Assembly (NCBI GenBank): GCA_951406725.2
Contig: OX597819.1
Coordinates: forward strand, 76,818,001 to 76,882,000
Origin: Octopus vulgaris
Lineage: Eukaryota
Length of the DNA: 64,000 nt
Reading direction: 5' to 3'
Shown: positions 13,616 through 28,165 of the stretch, piece by piece
Numbering within the stretch: the first letter of the stretch is position 1
Layout: each line of letters opens with the position of its first letter
The notes under the pieces: generated by a model
Databases searched by the model: none
What the model was told of the DNA's origin: nothing
What the model saw: the letters and a program-made list of their open reading frames with translations, nothing else
Position numbers and translations under genes: made by a program

Positions 13616-14225
13616 GAGGAGGTACCCAAAAGTATCTGGAAATGTTCTTTGTGAGACAAGCCCGTTGTAGTTCTTGATGCAACCTTCAGCTTACAAGGAC
13701 GCTGCCATGAGCAATATACAAGTTTACAAGTGGTTTTCACGCTTTAGGAATGGTCACTTGTCGTTTGGGGGCCAACCTCATTCAGGGCGGCTGTCGACCT
13801 CCTGAATAAATGAAACATCACAAAAATTCATGAACCATCGCCGAGCAATTGTCGAATTTGTTGATATGACTGGTGTGTCCTGGAACTTCTGCCAATGAAT
13901 TTTGAGCAAGGAATTGCGAATGAAAGGAGTTGCATCAAAATTTGTGCTTCGCCTACTCACAGAAGATTAAAAGCAGTCACGACTGACTGCGTGTCTTAAA
14001 CTGAAAGAACAGTTGGAAATTGATCTTGACCTTTTTCGAAGGTCATCACTGGTGACGAAAGCAGATTCTACAGAATTTGCAGATGTAGAAAAGGTGAAAG
14101 AAAAAACAACGGAGGAGTTAAACGGCATCACTTCAAATATATAATACTTTGAAGACGATAGAAGTGTAAACGTAAAACTAAGTGAATAAAATAATATTGT
14201 AAAGTTTCTTTGGGTTACTCTCTCG
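13615..14225 (+). mobile_element. Mariner transposon, internally deleted
   Basis: TA-flanked imperfect TIRs (cgaggaggtacccaaa / tttgggttactctctcg); QVYKWFSRFRNG...HSGRLSTS, KFVLRLLTED*KQSRL and frameshifted VITGDES motif. Confidence 0.85.
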
Positions 14226-14228
14226 TAC

Positions 14229-14282
<54 letters not shown>

Positions 14283-14319
14283 ATATATATATATATGTAT
14301 ATATAATAATATTAATAAT

Positions 14320-14380
<61 letters not shown>

Positions 14381-14511
14381 TGAGGGAATATTATTCCAAA
14401 CTTTTTCATTATTGAATTGATAAAAGTTGTTTTTTTTCTAATTTATATATATATATGTGTGTGTGTGCCTGTGTGTGTATGTGTATACATATATATGTAT
14501 ATATATATATG

Positions 14512-14568
<57 letters not shown>

Positions 14569-14876
14569 AAGGAAAAATACACCATGCTCATAATCGAAAG
14601 TGGGAAAAGTTGCAGGCAAATGAAATCATTTCATGAAAGAAAATATCTCGTTAGCCACCCTCTTCTATAAAACTTAAATCAGACGGATGAGTTAAATGGT
14701 TGAGCTACTGAACAACTATTTTTAAAAAGCAAAACCCCTTTATTTTCTACATGTTTTTTTTTTTTTCTAATTATAAAATAAAATTGTATTAAAATGTATA
14801 ATTTAGTGATTTGTTCTTGCAGCAATATAGCATAAAAAAGAGGGGGTGATTTTAAGTCTCTCCTTCATACATATAT

Positions 14877-14991
<115 letters not shown>

Positions 14992-16229
14992 CACCTACAC
15001 ACACAGGGAAAGAGGAAATAAGGTGAGCGAGTGTGTGTAAATAATGATTACACTATACTATAAATGTTCTTCCGCCTGGCAATTTATAAGAGAATGCGTA
15101 GAGGCAGATTGAAAACGAGAGCCAGAAACAATAACGCAGACACATTAAAGTAAATGATAGGCTGGCAACCAGCAATTGACGAATCTGTGAATGGGGCTCC
15201 AAATCTAATTGCGAAACATCGTCTTCGACATTAATTTGTTGTTTGTGTTTAAACGATCAAGTAAATTGCAAAAGCAAAGAAAAACATTGTCTTTTCATGG
15301 TGCTTGGTGAGACGATTTGCTTTCACAACAAGTAATCAATTAATTGGAGTATTAATTTTGCTAGTGCTTCGGTAAACCATGTTTCATTATTCATTATTCA
15401 TTCCCTACATCGCCATCATTCCGCCATTCAGTTAAACTATCTTGTACTGCATTGAATTGCAATGAATTGCAACTCTAGTGTACTGAAATTCATTGAATTA
15501 CATGTTGCAGCTAAAATAATTATTGGAATTATTGCATCCAGAATTTATTACTAACATTAGAAGTGCTCCGGTAAATAAAAAAAAGAAGTAAATAAACAAA
15601 TATATAATAAATAAATAAGTGCAACCAACTTATGTAAATTTTCGAGATAAGTTATTGCTAATGCTAATGCTAATGTACAGTTTGAGATTTCCGGGCCGTT
15701 AATCTTATCTTTCCTATTTCCACTCATATATAACTATATATTTTCTTTGGTAGGACTTCACGTCAACTAACAAGTACTCGTTTTTCCTTGATGTCAAATC
15801 TTACTCATAGACTATAGTAACTGAAAAACGTTTGCCAAAGAAACTGATCAAAAGTTAGCTAAAAATACAAACATGTGAGGAAAATAGGTTACATAACAGA
15901 GAATTTTCAAACAGCTTTATTGATTTTTTTTTCTTTCCTGCAATTTAGCAAACGTTGTACAAGTTTGTCAACGATAATAATGACGCATTGTTTTTGTCTT
16001 TTATTTAAGCAAAAGACCTAATTTGTCTTTGTGAATGTATGAGTCATACTCGATTAAATCGATCTTAGTACATATAACTAGTTGACGCGAACCGGTTAAG
16101 TCGATGTGACATGAGACTAACAGAAGCTAAAATGATTTCCATATAAAATATTTGGCTTGCGTTGCATTTAATTCTTATGCACACCTCGCTTCTATTTAGT
16201 AATTGATTTCAGATCATCAGAAAATATTG

Positions 16230-17000
16230 ATTTCTGACATTAGCACAAGGTCATATGTTCTGTGGGAGGGTATAGTCGATTAAATCAACGCGAAAGCTTG
16301 AATGGTGCTTTATTTTATCGATCTCATAAAGATTAAGAGCAAAGTTGACCTTGGCAGTATTCGAACTAAGAACGTATACGTAACTATTCTGTCAATCTTC
16401 AGCTCTATGAACATCTGGAAATATTGATTTCAAATTTTGGCAAAAGGCCAGCAGTATCGGGGAAGGGATAACTCGATTACATCAAACCCCAGTGCTCAAC
16501 TGGTACTTATTTTATCAACTCCAAACCGATGAAAGGCAAAGTCGACCCTGGTGGCATTTCAACTCAGAATGTAGAGGCGGTCGAAATACCTATTTCTTTA
16601 CTACCCACAAGGGGCTAAACACAGAGAGGGCAAACAAAGACAGACAAACGGATTAAGTCGATTATATAGACCTCAGTGCGTAACTGGTACTTAATTTATC
16701 GACCCCGAAAGGATGAAAGGCAAAGTCGACCTCGGCGAAATTTGAACTCAGAACGTAGCGACAGACCTATTTCTTTATTACCCACAAGGGGCTAAATACA
16801 GAGAGGACAAACAAGGACAGACAAACGGATTAAGTCGATTATATTGACCCCAGTGCTTAACTGGTACTTAATTTATCGATCCCGAAAGGATGAAAGGCAA
16901 AGTCGACCTCGGCGAAATTTGAACTCAGAACGTAGCGGCAGACGAAATACCACTAAGCATTTTTCCTGGCGTGCTAACAATTCTACTAGCTTGCCGCCTC
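16230..17000 (-). mobile_element. Head-to-tail array of 3-4 Nin-core SINE units
   Basis: gaaaggcaaagtcgacc...gaactcagaa repeated at ~16530, 16715, 16892 plus degenerate copy ~16340; only the last unit has the head. Confidence 0.9.
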
Positions 17001-17959
17001 ATCGACTATTGACTGAGGTCGACAAGCGTTCAGTCCAGGAAAATATTTATCTTTCGTACTCTTAATATAACCGAACGAATAGCCATATGATAAAGAATTT
17101 CGCTTTGAAACTATGTGCTTTGGGTTCGATCTCACAGCACGGTGGTATTGATATTAAATAAAACGTTAAACACTTACGGTATGCAAATTAGCAGCCCCAC
17201 TTCTTTGTAGCTACCGGATTTGTTGAGTATATATAAAGAGTGACTGTTTGGTATGAATGGTCAGATTGATGCAGATACCTCGAATGGGAACCGAATAGGA
17301 TCCGAAAATCGATGAAACCTGTTTACCATGTTTTTGTTTTCCAATCTAAGGAAAATAGGTAGATTTGCCTTCTTTATATACCTACTACATATGTTATATA
17401 TATTTATATCGTTACACCGAGGTCTACACGCTTTCTTCTTTTGTTACTGTCCCACTCAGAAAAGCAGTAAATTATTGGTTGATCTATAGGAAGCATCTAA
17501 TATTCTCAAACTGAGTTATAAGATAAACAATAAATAAATAACGTCATAGCACTCGAATAATGTATACAAGGCTTTTAGAGTCTTTTTTGGAGCTCTGAAA
17601 GACTGAAAAAAAAAGGACATACAAAGAAATTGCGTAACTGGTGAGTATCAATTTCATGTCATGCATGACACAGCAACACTCATCTCATACATTTACATCC
17701 CATTAGGAATATCGTGACGGCCTACGCTATCACGATACTTCTAGTTCTCGTGATTATTCCTAGTGATTTTATCTAGAACCATTGACAACGCATTTGTTAG
17801 ATGTAGGGATAATAGCCTGCGAGGTGCCATTCTGCGGCATATATGAATCGTTTTCAACTCAGTAGATACAAGCAATGTGAAATGAAATGCCATGTCAAAT
17901 CGAACGCACACCCTTTACTACTCAGCCTAAAACAAGTTCGTCTCTATACAGAAAAAGGA

Positions 17960-18210
17960 TTAAAGGTCCTTCATGAGCCATAGGCTCATAAGGTCGGTTT
18001 CCTGAGTTCTGTAGCGTTTAATATTCTCCTTCACTGGACGGGATGCCGATCAGCCACAGGGTTACTCATTTTTACCAGCTAAGTGAACCGGAGCAATGTA
18101 ATATGAAGTGTTTTGCTCAATAATAACACAACGCATCATCCCGTAGATGAATCGAAACTACAGTCTTACGATCATGAGCGCTAGCCCCGAATCGCTAAGC
18201 CACGAGCTTT
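17960..18210 (-). mobile_element. tRNA-derived SINE, third family
   Basis: Reverse complement of tgtg..ttgagcaaaacacttcat..tgctcc.gttcact.agctgg.aaaaatgagt. Confidence 0.7.
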
Positions 18211-18764
18211 CTCATCAATGTCTACTATTGGTTTATATATCACCGATACTCGCGGACTCTGGTGAAAGTTATTTATTATAATTCTCGGGTACCTAACTCT
18301 CTCAAAACTCTCTGTGTGATTTTCTACTTCCATGTTTATCTCTGAGTGCGAAATATGTGTATTTGTATTTATTTGTGTATGTGTGTGTGGGTGTGCGTGC
18401 ACATACATATATATTTGTGATTAGATGCCTGATGGGCCAATTCCAAATTGCACTGATCGTCTGTCTTACCGAAGCTACTTAAAATCTAATAAGTCTCCTG
18501 CTCACCGAAGCTTACTTTCAAGGCACAGCGCCTGTTTAACCCAACCCTTAAGCAAAAAGGGATTGATTCATGTCATATCAGGACATATCTACACACCTAA
18601 ATATGTGACATTCTTTTTAAAGTCCAGTTCTCTCCGAGTCCTGTATGCCTTAGCCGCTACACCATTTGATCCACAACTGAGACTTTGATCTGGAAGTACT
18701 GTCGACTAAGTGGTCACTCATTACTCTCCAAAACTCCAAAACTCACGAACTGTTTTTACTGTGA

Positions 18765-19085
18765 AGGCGCATAACTTAGTTATTAGGGGTATTCAGCTCA
18801 CGATCTCGAGGTCGTGAGTTCGATTCCCGGTATCGCGTTGTGTCCTTGAGCAAGGCACTTTATTTCACGTCGCTCCAGTCCACTCAGCTGACAAAAATGA
18901 GTTGTACCAGTATTTCAAAGGGCCAGCCTTGTCACATTCTGTGTCACGCTGAATCTTCCTGAGAACTACGTTAACGGTACACGTGTCTGTGGAGTGCTCA
19001 GCCACTTGTTAATTTCACGAGCGGGCTGTTCCATTGATCGCATCAATTGCAATCCTTGTCATCGTAACCGACTGAGTGTCAGTTA
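18765..19085 (+). mobile_element. tRNA-derived SINE, third family (GTGTCCTTGAGCAAGGCACTT core)
   Basis: Box-A/B-like ggcgcataacttagttattagg...gagttcgattcccgg; same body at 23697, 33395, 55075 and 35720 (-). Confidence 0.8.
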
Positions 19086-19949
19086 TCGTTTTTACTATTT
19101 AATATTAAGGGAAACTTTAAAATACAAAGTTATATTTAATATCGTATGGTCTCACTCGGAAAAAATAAACTAGACATGTCCGTCGCTAAGGGGATGCACA
19201 GAACGGCACCGCCTCTTTTTTATTCAATAGTGCACAATCAGAGTTACATTGATACACTTATTTCGAAACTCCATTTTAGCATTATTGCAAATTAGTGCCC
19301 ACCCAGAATATTATGAAGCAACCCCAGGCACCAAAGTCTGCGAGGGGCCTGAAGCTGAATATTTAATCTATTATTTAGCATTAAGTACTTCTGTCATAAA
19401 ATTATATCTATGAACCAATATATGAATAACGTGGGGCCCTCATCTAGGGCTGTGCTTTGTACATCTGTCAGCGTTAATCCGACCCTGTTTGGATCAAATA
19501 CTCATACAGCGTCACACATTCGCTGCAAACAGTAACGAAATTGCTCTAAAGTAGCTTTTTCTATTGCCAGTTCGAGTGGATTGTTGAAAATTAAATAGAG
19601 AGTGAAAATAATTCAGAATCAGTGGGTTGGTAGAATCGTTAGTGCGTCGTACAAAATGTTTTGTACTATGTAATAACTGTCCTTTACATTCTGAACTCAA
19701 AACCGTCAAGGACTACTTAGCCTTTGATCCTTCCGGGCATTGATGAAATAAAGTACCAATCAAACACTGAGGTCAAATTACATTCCTACACTGCATAGTA
19801 GATAAAATTATAATTAAGGATATCTAAGAGATACCACCATGCTAGATATAGTAGCCAAAACTTGACTCTAAAACCACATTAAATGTTCAAATAGCATCAG
19901 GAGAGAAGACAAAGAGATAAAATAAACTAGCCAAAAATATTACTGGATA

Positions 19950-20008
19950 ATTCCATATCTCGGATTTCTGACTCTGTATAAGAAATGCTTTGCCTTCATC
20001 AGTGGAAT
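19950..20008 (-). ncRNA. Type I hammerhead ribozyme motif with canonical core
   Basis: Minus: attcca-CTGATGA-a-ggc..19 nt..gtc-a-GAA-ATC-cga-GAT-A-tggaat; 6-bp stem I, 3-bp stem III, AUA cleavage triplet. Confidence 0.75.
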
Positions 20009-20154
20009 ATATGCAGATAGCAAATAAATACATATATATATATATATACAACATACGAATATTTACATATACTAACGTATACATGCATATATATGCACGT
20101 ATGCACACGACCAGTTTAAATTGCCCACCTAACATCTGGAAATATTGATTTGGC

Positions 20155-20355
20155 AAAAGGTCGACTTTGCCTTTCATCCTTTCAGGGTCGATAAATTAAG
20201 TACCAGTTACGCACTGGGGTCAATATAATCGACTTAATCTGTTTGTCTGTCCTTGTTTGTCCTCTCTGTATTTAGCCCCTTGTGGGTAATAAAGAAATAG
20301 GTATTTTGTCTGTCGCTACATTCTGAGTTCAAATTTCGCCGAGGTCGACTTTGTC
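20155..20355 (+). mobile_element. Nin-core SINE, headless unit plus start of a second unit
   Basis: gtcgactttgcctttcatcc...aaagaaatag|gtattttgtctgtcgctac...gaggtcgact. Confidence 0.85.
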
Positions 20356-20399
20356 CTCGTGCGGACAATGAAAGACGGAGTACATCTCCCGTTTACCTT

Positions 20400-20650
20400 T
20401 TACTTGTTTCACTCATTAAACTGCAGCCATGTTAGAGCACTGCATTAAAGGGTTTAGTCAAACAAATCGACTACAGTACGTTTTTCTTTCTTTTTTTTTT
20501 GTTTTTGCAATCTAGTACTTATTCAATGGATATCTTTTGCCGAGCCGCTAATTTACCGGAACGTAAACAAACCAACACTGGTTGTGAATCGGTTTATAGA
20601 GGGAGAAACACAAAGCTAGACAAACACAAATATATGTGTATGTACGTATG

Positions 20651-20684
<34 letters not shown>

Positions 20685-20955
20685 TGTATGTATGTATGTA
20701 TGTATGTATGTATGTATGTATGTATGTATGTTTGTATGTATGTATGTATGTATGCATGTATGTATGTACATATACACACGCGCGCGCGGTGGATTTGTTC
20801 CACTTTCCGTCTACCAAATTCACTCACAAGATATTGGTTGTCCCAAGGCTATAGTAGAAAACACTTGCCTAAAGTGCCGTACAGTGGGATTGATTGAACT
20901 AGAAAGCACTTGGTTGCAAATCAAGCTTCTTAAAGACACAACCATGCCTGCTCCT
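20400..20955 (-). mobile_element. CORE-like SINE with internal (TATG)n
   Basis: Reverse complement of the 12957 family (tttccgtctaccaaattcactcacaag...acacttgcc). Confidence 0.8.
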
Positions 20956-21299
20956 ATCATATAGAAGGATTCTTCAGATTTAAGATTTCCACCTTATCGA
21001 TCTGGCCTGTTGTAGTCATGCAACTTTGTTGTACAGGAATATAAGTTCCAGAGTAAATGCCTTAGAGATATTCAAACAACCAGCAATACCTCTAAGTTTC
21101 AAATAACGTCCTGACAGTAATTCTTGTTTAGTATACTCAAAGGAATACAGTTGCGAAATACACCAACGAAGCTGATTGGTAGCTACTAGTCATGTGATCG
21201 AATATGTAAGTCATATATTATTGTATTTGCGTGTGTGTGTGTGACTGTGTGTGTATGTATGTGTACATGTGTATCTCTGTCTGTCTGTCTATCTATCTA

Positions 21300-21425
<126 letters not shown>

Positions 21426-21469
21426 AGGGTACTACATAAACATTTGCTTCGCTAAAAATTGAAGTCAAG

Positions 21470-21993
21470 GAGTCAAAACACTTCTAAGCTACAGAAGAAT
21501 CACTAAATTAATACAGGCATGATAGGAAAAAAAATTTTAGTGAACAAGAATAGCGTCTTATCTCTGCCGAGGATGCAGGAGGAATGTCAATTAATTTGAT
21601 ATCAGGATTTCCAATTTAGCACCAAAGGCGCTTGATTCTCTTCAGTCAGATCTGCTAGGGACAGGTGTCAGAATTTACTACAACCATGCCTGTAAATTCA
21701 TTTGAATAACCGAACACCATTGAATCAAACGAACCATGTGAAATTATTTATAATTATAAAAGAACGATATTATTTCTAAAAATAATAACGTTAGTGGCCG
21801 CGAGCATTAGAGCCGTATAGGCTAATTAATAATTATATACAATATATATAAATATATTTATATATACTAGGGTACTACATAAGCCCTTACATCCTTGGCG
21901 GAGGTAAAACGCTATTCTTGTTCACTAATTTTTTTCCTGTTATGTCTGTATTAATTTAGTGATTCTTCCATAGCTTAGAAGTATTTTGACTTC
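21470..21993. repeat. ~105-bp diverged inverted repeat arms (~21470-21576 / ~21890-21993)
   Basis: cttctaagcta..gaagaatcactaaattaatacag...agtgaacaagaatagcgt versus its reverse complement; ctagggtactacataa direct repeat at 21424 and 21868. Confidence 0.8.
21593..21652 (-). ncRNA. Type I hammerhead ribozyme motif
   Basis: Minus: gatctga-CTGAAGA-gaat..agcgcc-ttt-ggtgct..attg-GAA-ATC-ct-GAT-A-tcaaatt; intact core, extended stem II, AUA triplet. Confidence 0.6.
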
Positions 21994-22301
21994 TATGTTT
22001 AGACACCTGACATGTCCTATTCCTCAGTAGATCTGAACACAGCCAATTTCTTCCATAGAGTGAGAGAAAAGGGGAGCATACATGTGTGTGTGTGTGTGTG
22101 AGCATATGTATGAACGAAAGAGAGAAAGAGAGAGAGAGAGAGAGACTGGGGGTGGGGTAAGACAGTAAATAATTCAGCCAGTATTTAATTAGTACTTTAT
22201 TTACCGGCCCAAGAGAATGAAAGATAAGACGGGCCTCAGGGCGCTGGAAGCCAGGACGAACACTGCAATTAATCTATCCGACTCTGTCAATCTCCTCTCG
22301 T

Positions 22302-22345
<44 letters not shown>

Positions 22346-22656
22346 GTGTGTGTTGTACATATATATATATTCGTTTTGCAAGAATCTTGATGTGAAATCA
22401 TGTGTTGAAACATATATTGTTATACTTGGCGGTGGTCATATTTTTGCCGATAAAGCAGAACAAGAGGAGACACGTGGGATAGAGAGTTGTTGAAGAGGTC
22501 ACAAAATGTGTGACGAAAGAACTCTGACAACAGAAACTAAAACAATTGTAATAAAGCTGAAGTGAAGACCGAAATATATAATGCATGTGTTTAATTGGCA
22601 AAATATGACCATCCGTAAATATAACAATATATATATATAGAGAGAGAGGGACAGAC

Positions 22657-22703
<47 letters not shown>

Positions 22704-23199
22704 ATGAACGCATACACTTATGTATACCTGCATATATGTGTGCGTGCCGATGATAATTCTCTCTGTCATATAAACGAGGGCACACGATCGAAACCTTCCG
22801 AGAAGAGAGTGAAATAACAAGCTTTCGAACTAATAAATAAGATCTATTACATGCACAGAGTATTTTTTTTTCCATCGGTACACCAATAAATACTAGAGTG
22901 TATAGCAAATACTGAGTGCTGTCTTTCTCTTTCGTTTCTGTCTTCCTCTCTTCGTATGCATCTCCGACAAAGACTTAGAAAAATGTAACTATGAGACAAT
23001 TCATCTGATATGCTTTGTTCGCATATGAAGAATATTAATTTAAGAGTGTTATCTTGGATTGAGCCAGTTATGATTTATTTAATAATATGATGACAATTGA
23101 TCTAAGTGAAAGGATCTGATAATAAAAAAAGCAAAAATTTACTGGGTTTTTTTTCGAATTACTTTCGTGTAACAAGTTACATAATTTCAATGAAAATTA

Positions 23200-23600
23200 A
23201 TCGAAATTACCTGACTTGGAACAATAAGGGAACCGGACCATGTTGAGTGGTTGAGAATTTCACTTCGTAACCATCACAGTGCCAGAAGAAATCTGGCCAT
23301 CTGGACATTAATGGATGGTAAACTACCATCGGTCTCATGGAAGGACCTTCACTATTACTCTTGCCTTCGTTACCGACTGGCCATAATGGTTTTCACTCGA
23401 TAATCATTTTTCTTCGAATAAACTCATCTACGCATTCGACACGGGTTGATTCCTGTAACGTAAATATCATTGTTACTCATGAATGTGGATGCCCTATTAT
23501 TGGAAAATCTAGACGCAATGGATGGTAACTATCATGTCACTCCCCTGTGATCTGGAATCATTCAGTAATTTACCAAATTCCAAACCACAGTCTACGCACA
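23200..23600 (-). mobile_element. Decayed mariner-like remnant
   Basis: Minus strand ...GHPHS*VT...NQPVS/RVECVDEFIRRK resembles the mariner HTH linker region; heavily frameshifted. Confidence 0.3.
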
Positions 23601-23696
23601 ATTACACAACCAATCCTTAATCCTGTCAAAGAGTAAGCACTTAGGAGAAATAATAACCAAATTTCTTTTATATCATGCTAAAACCTTTCTATGTGG

Positions 23697-23950
23697 AGGC
23701 GCATGGCTTAGTAGTTAGGGAGTCAGCATCATGATCGTAAGATTGTGGTTTCGATTCCTGGAACGGGCGACGCGTTGTATTCTTGAGCAAAACACTTCAT
23801 TTAACGTTGCTCCAGTCCACCCAGCTGGCAAAAATGAGTTACGCTGCGACAGACTGGCGTCCTATCCAGCTGGGAAACACATACGCTATAGAAACCGGGA
23901 AACCGGGCCCATGATCCTGGCTAGGCTTTAAAAGGGCGCATTTATTATTA
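23697..23950 (+). mobile_element. tRNA-derived SINE, third family
   Basis: ggcgcatggcttagtagttagg...ttcgattcc...ttcttgagcaaaacacttcat...ctccagtccac; (TTA)n tail. Confidence 0.8.
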
Positions 23951-24862
23951 TTTAAAACCTTTCTAACAAGAAAATCGCAGCAAAGCTGCGTGATAGTGGT
24001 ATCAGACGGGGCATGCAGACCATCATTTGTTTGACATTTGCATTGCATTTTTATTTTTCTTATCCATTTTATTTTGACATGCGCATTGCGTGTTCATATG
24101 TCTCTTTCCGGTTGCTACTGAAAACTGTTTACAGATCACAACCATCTCATGAAGGTGCGTTCGTGAGGAGCACTTCGCGCTCCAATGGCTGTGAATTGAT
24201 ACGTTATTTCCAGAATGAAAAAAAACTGAATACTCACGGATGGACACATTTGATAATTGATATTCTTGAGCAGAGTTTACTTGGAGACAAACAAGAGCAG
24301 AATCATTGAGAAAGTAATATCAATAAATCCATAGATGGAGGTTGAGAAAGAAAGGTGAAACGGGTAATAAAATGAAACTAAGACGACTCTCGAGATTAAT
24401 TACGAATCGACCACAAGAAACTTCACGCTAGTTCTGCACGGAGGGTGGGTTTTAATATTTATTTATTATTAGAATTTCGTCTTTTGAAATTATGAATATT
24501 CTCTTTAAATGCTTTACAACCGCCGGGGAATAAATATTCTTGTATTTTCAATAAAATAACTTGGAGAAGTTCCAAGAAAAATATTGTTTTCTCTACTTGT
24601 TAGAAAAACGATTATATCTTTAGCTACCCGTTTTTTAAACTGTCTCTAACCATTTTTCAACTGCCTCTAAAGATATATCTCACTACTTTCATCACACCCA
24701 CCATCAGTATCTCTAAATTACATAAATGTTCTTGATTGACGGTATATATATTATGAAGTTTATAATATATCCCTTGCCTAATTAGACTTGCTATTTTGTC
24801 TGCTTCACAGTACAATTTCCGGACTGCGTTTTGAAAATTGTATTTGAATACGAAGTAATGTA

Positions 24863-24944
<82 letters not shown>

Positions 24945-25194
24945 GTATATATATATGTGTGTATACTAGATGAAAGCAACTGAAGTATTATTATGATGGA
25001 CTCAAACATAAAACAAGCATACAGAAATTTATTGAAATCTCTTATCTCAGCTGTAGGAGAGGAAATGGCGAAACATTGTATGTGTGTGTGTGTGTGTGTG
25101 TGTACTGTTATATATAACATATATAACAGATATACTCACACACATACAAGCATACATATATACATACACATATACATAACCATACATACACATT

Positions 25195-25225
<31 letters not shown>

Positions 25226-25231
25226 AGATAT

Positions 25232-25308
<77 letters not shown>

Positions 25309-25631
25309 TGTATGTATGTATGTATGTATGTATGTGAATAAATTAAAATAAACAGCTGGGCGCAATGTAATGCCAAAAAGGAAAAATCCAATCGTCACTA
25401 AATGTGCCTAAGGGTGTCGGGACACCTACATTGCTAGAAATGGAAGTAAAATACTCCTTGTGCCGTAGGAAGAGCGCAAATGTGTACACATGTTCTGATA
25501 GGGGAAGAAACCACCCCATGACCGAATCGAGAATCTCTCAGACTAGACGTCTAGTTTCGCGTATTTCCGTACGCTTCCGAGGAAAAGCCGCTCATGGACA
25601 GACAGACACGCAGACAGACAGACAGTCAGTC

Positions 25632-25743
<112 letters not shown>

Positions 25744-26181
25744 TATAAACCGAAGCCTGTTGAACAGTAATTCTGAGTTCCACATTTACGATTTTTCATG
25801 TGACTGATGAAACGTAACAGCATGTCAACATATTCTCTTATTCTTTTATATGTTTCAGTCTAATGACAGTGGCCATGCTGGAACACAAAATTATTTGAAA
25901 ACACCGAGAAATGAGTTGCTAATTGTCCAAGGACATGTGTTTGATTTCTTACCGAAAACAACCCTCAAAACACGCATCTTATTTTCATTTATTCATTACC
26001 AAAATCATGATCTATTCAATAAAACACGCGAAAATACTTGATATTTTCACCGTTTTCAATAAGAGCAAAGAAAAACGCAAAGCGTGTTTGCAGGGGGAAC
26101 GACTCGTGTTGTTAAAGTCTTAATACTTATGTGTATGTATATGTTTGTGAAATATAGGAGCATCTTTCAAAGTACGATAAT

Positions 26182-26337
<156 letters not shown>

Positions 26338-27434
26338 CATGGATGTATGTATATACGGACAAAACTCAACTTACGTTGTTTCGAATTACGTGTTTTTCAA
26401 CTTCACATTGTTTATTAAGAAATAAACCCCAACTTCAGTAACTTTATCCGACTTTACATCCGTTTCAAGGAACATACTTCAAGGTATAATTTTCTTTTTT
26501 TTTTTAATACACCTGAAACTCACCACTGAAGTGGAAAATCAAATAAAATACATGTGAAAATATGGACAAACCATTTGTTAAAACGGATATAAGCGAATAA
26601 ATTTTTTTAATGATTTTTCGTGTTATGGCGTTTTACGAGTTAAGTAGCATGTCGCTAAGTCAATTACCGATGTACTTACATAGAAGAGTATTAGTGAATG
26701 AGAGAGAGAGGGGGAGAGAGCGTGTGTGTGTGTTTGTGTGTGTGCATGCGTGCGTGCGTACGAATGTGCCGATCTCACTGGTCATGAAGGACCTGAAATG
26801 AAGATGGACACTGCTCTTTCTCCAGAACAAATTAATAAAATAAATTTATGCTCCATGTATGTATTGATATGTATGTAAGTGTGTGTGTTGTGCATTTCAG
26901 TGTACGGTTATATGTGTGTGTGCATATATGGGAGTGTGTGTCTGAGTGTATGGCATGTTTTAGTATAGTGTGTGAGGTTGGTTATTTTGTATTATGTCAC
27001 TTGCACGGCATTGTATCCATGCCCCAACTACTTGTGGTCAACGGTCATGTTAGCAACCCGCTACTATTAGGTACCAACATTATAAAATGAAGTGATGATA
27101 CATTTCTTACTATTGTTTATTTTATTTAGGAGAACATCTTGAAATGTGTTTTATTTTCAAGATGAATGAGTGTGATCTGAAGGAGATTTGGTTGTTGAAT
27201 GATTTTGTAGAAGTTCCCTCTTTTGCCTTTTGCTCAGTACCCCTCTGTCTTCTTGCAACTTTGTGCCGTGTGATTATCATAGCACAAACTATCGTTAATA
27301 TAAACATAACCGCCATCACTTCCTCTGCTTGCAACAACACCAAATGAATCATAGCACTCATTTTTTCACGGCCTCTATTTCTAATTTCGTCAACCAATAT
27401 CCACTGTGATTGCACACACATTCCACACATCACA

Positions 27435-27785
27435 TATTGTTTCAGTCATTTGACTGCGGCCATGCTGGAGCACCGCCTTTAGTCGAGCAAATCAACCCCA
27501 GGACTTATTCTTTGTAAGCCTAATACTTATTCTATCGGTCTCTTAGCCGAACCGCTAAGTTACGGGGACGTAAACACACCAACATCGGATGTCAAGCGAT
27601 GTTTGTGGGACAAACACAGACACACAAACACACAAACACACATATACATACATATACATATATACGACGGGATTCTTCCAGTTTCCGTCTACCAAATTCA
27701 CTCACAAGGTTTTGGTCGGCCCGAGGCTATAGTAGAAGACACTTGAACAAGGTGCCGCACAGTGGGACTGAACCTGGAACCATGT
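27435..27785 (-). mobile_element. CORE-like SINE
   Basis: gtttcagtcatttgactgcggccatgctggagcaccgcc...aggtgccgcacagtgggactgaacc. Confidence 0.9.
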
Positions 27786-28165
27786 ATACACATATATTCA
27801 CATATATGTATACGCATATATACTCATATATTCACGCACAGACACATACATACATACACTCACATACAAATAAATACGAAAGAAAATTAGCAGAGACAAA
27901 GGCTGCGTTGGCTCGTTTAGTGTGGAATGAAATTTCTTCGCGAAGCCACGTGTCTTTTCGCTGTTCTCCATCTGTTTCAATAAGTTTTTTTTTAAATGAT
28001 CCTCAGAACATAACAGCATACAACTAACTACTATAATGCATTTTGTCAGGCACTCCCTAATTTCTTGGCCCCAAACCACATCTAACTTTATTTTTTGGTG
28101 ATGGGGTGGACAGTGAGCGTAATGTGTATAGTCGATTATATAAATCTTAGTGCCTTACTAATACG

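Noticed and set aside
22425-22523. Minus-strand candidate exon (ttctgttgtcag ... gtataa)
   Set aside because: Weak donor, several open frames, no recognisable peptide.
25804-25820. CTGATGAAACGTA and similar (10123, 16205-16225 minus, 55545-55560 minus) as hammerheads
   Set aside because: No room for stem II or no stem I/III pairing; expected by chance.
27122-27433. 103-aa minus ORF with a TM-like stretch
   Set aside because: No recognisable family or splice context; abuts a SINE.
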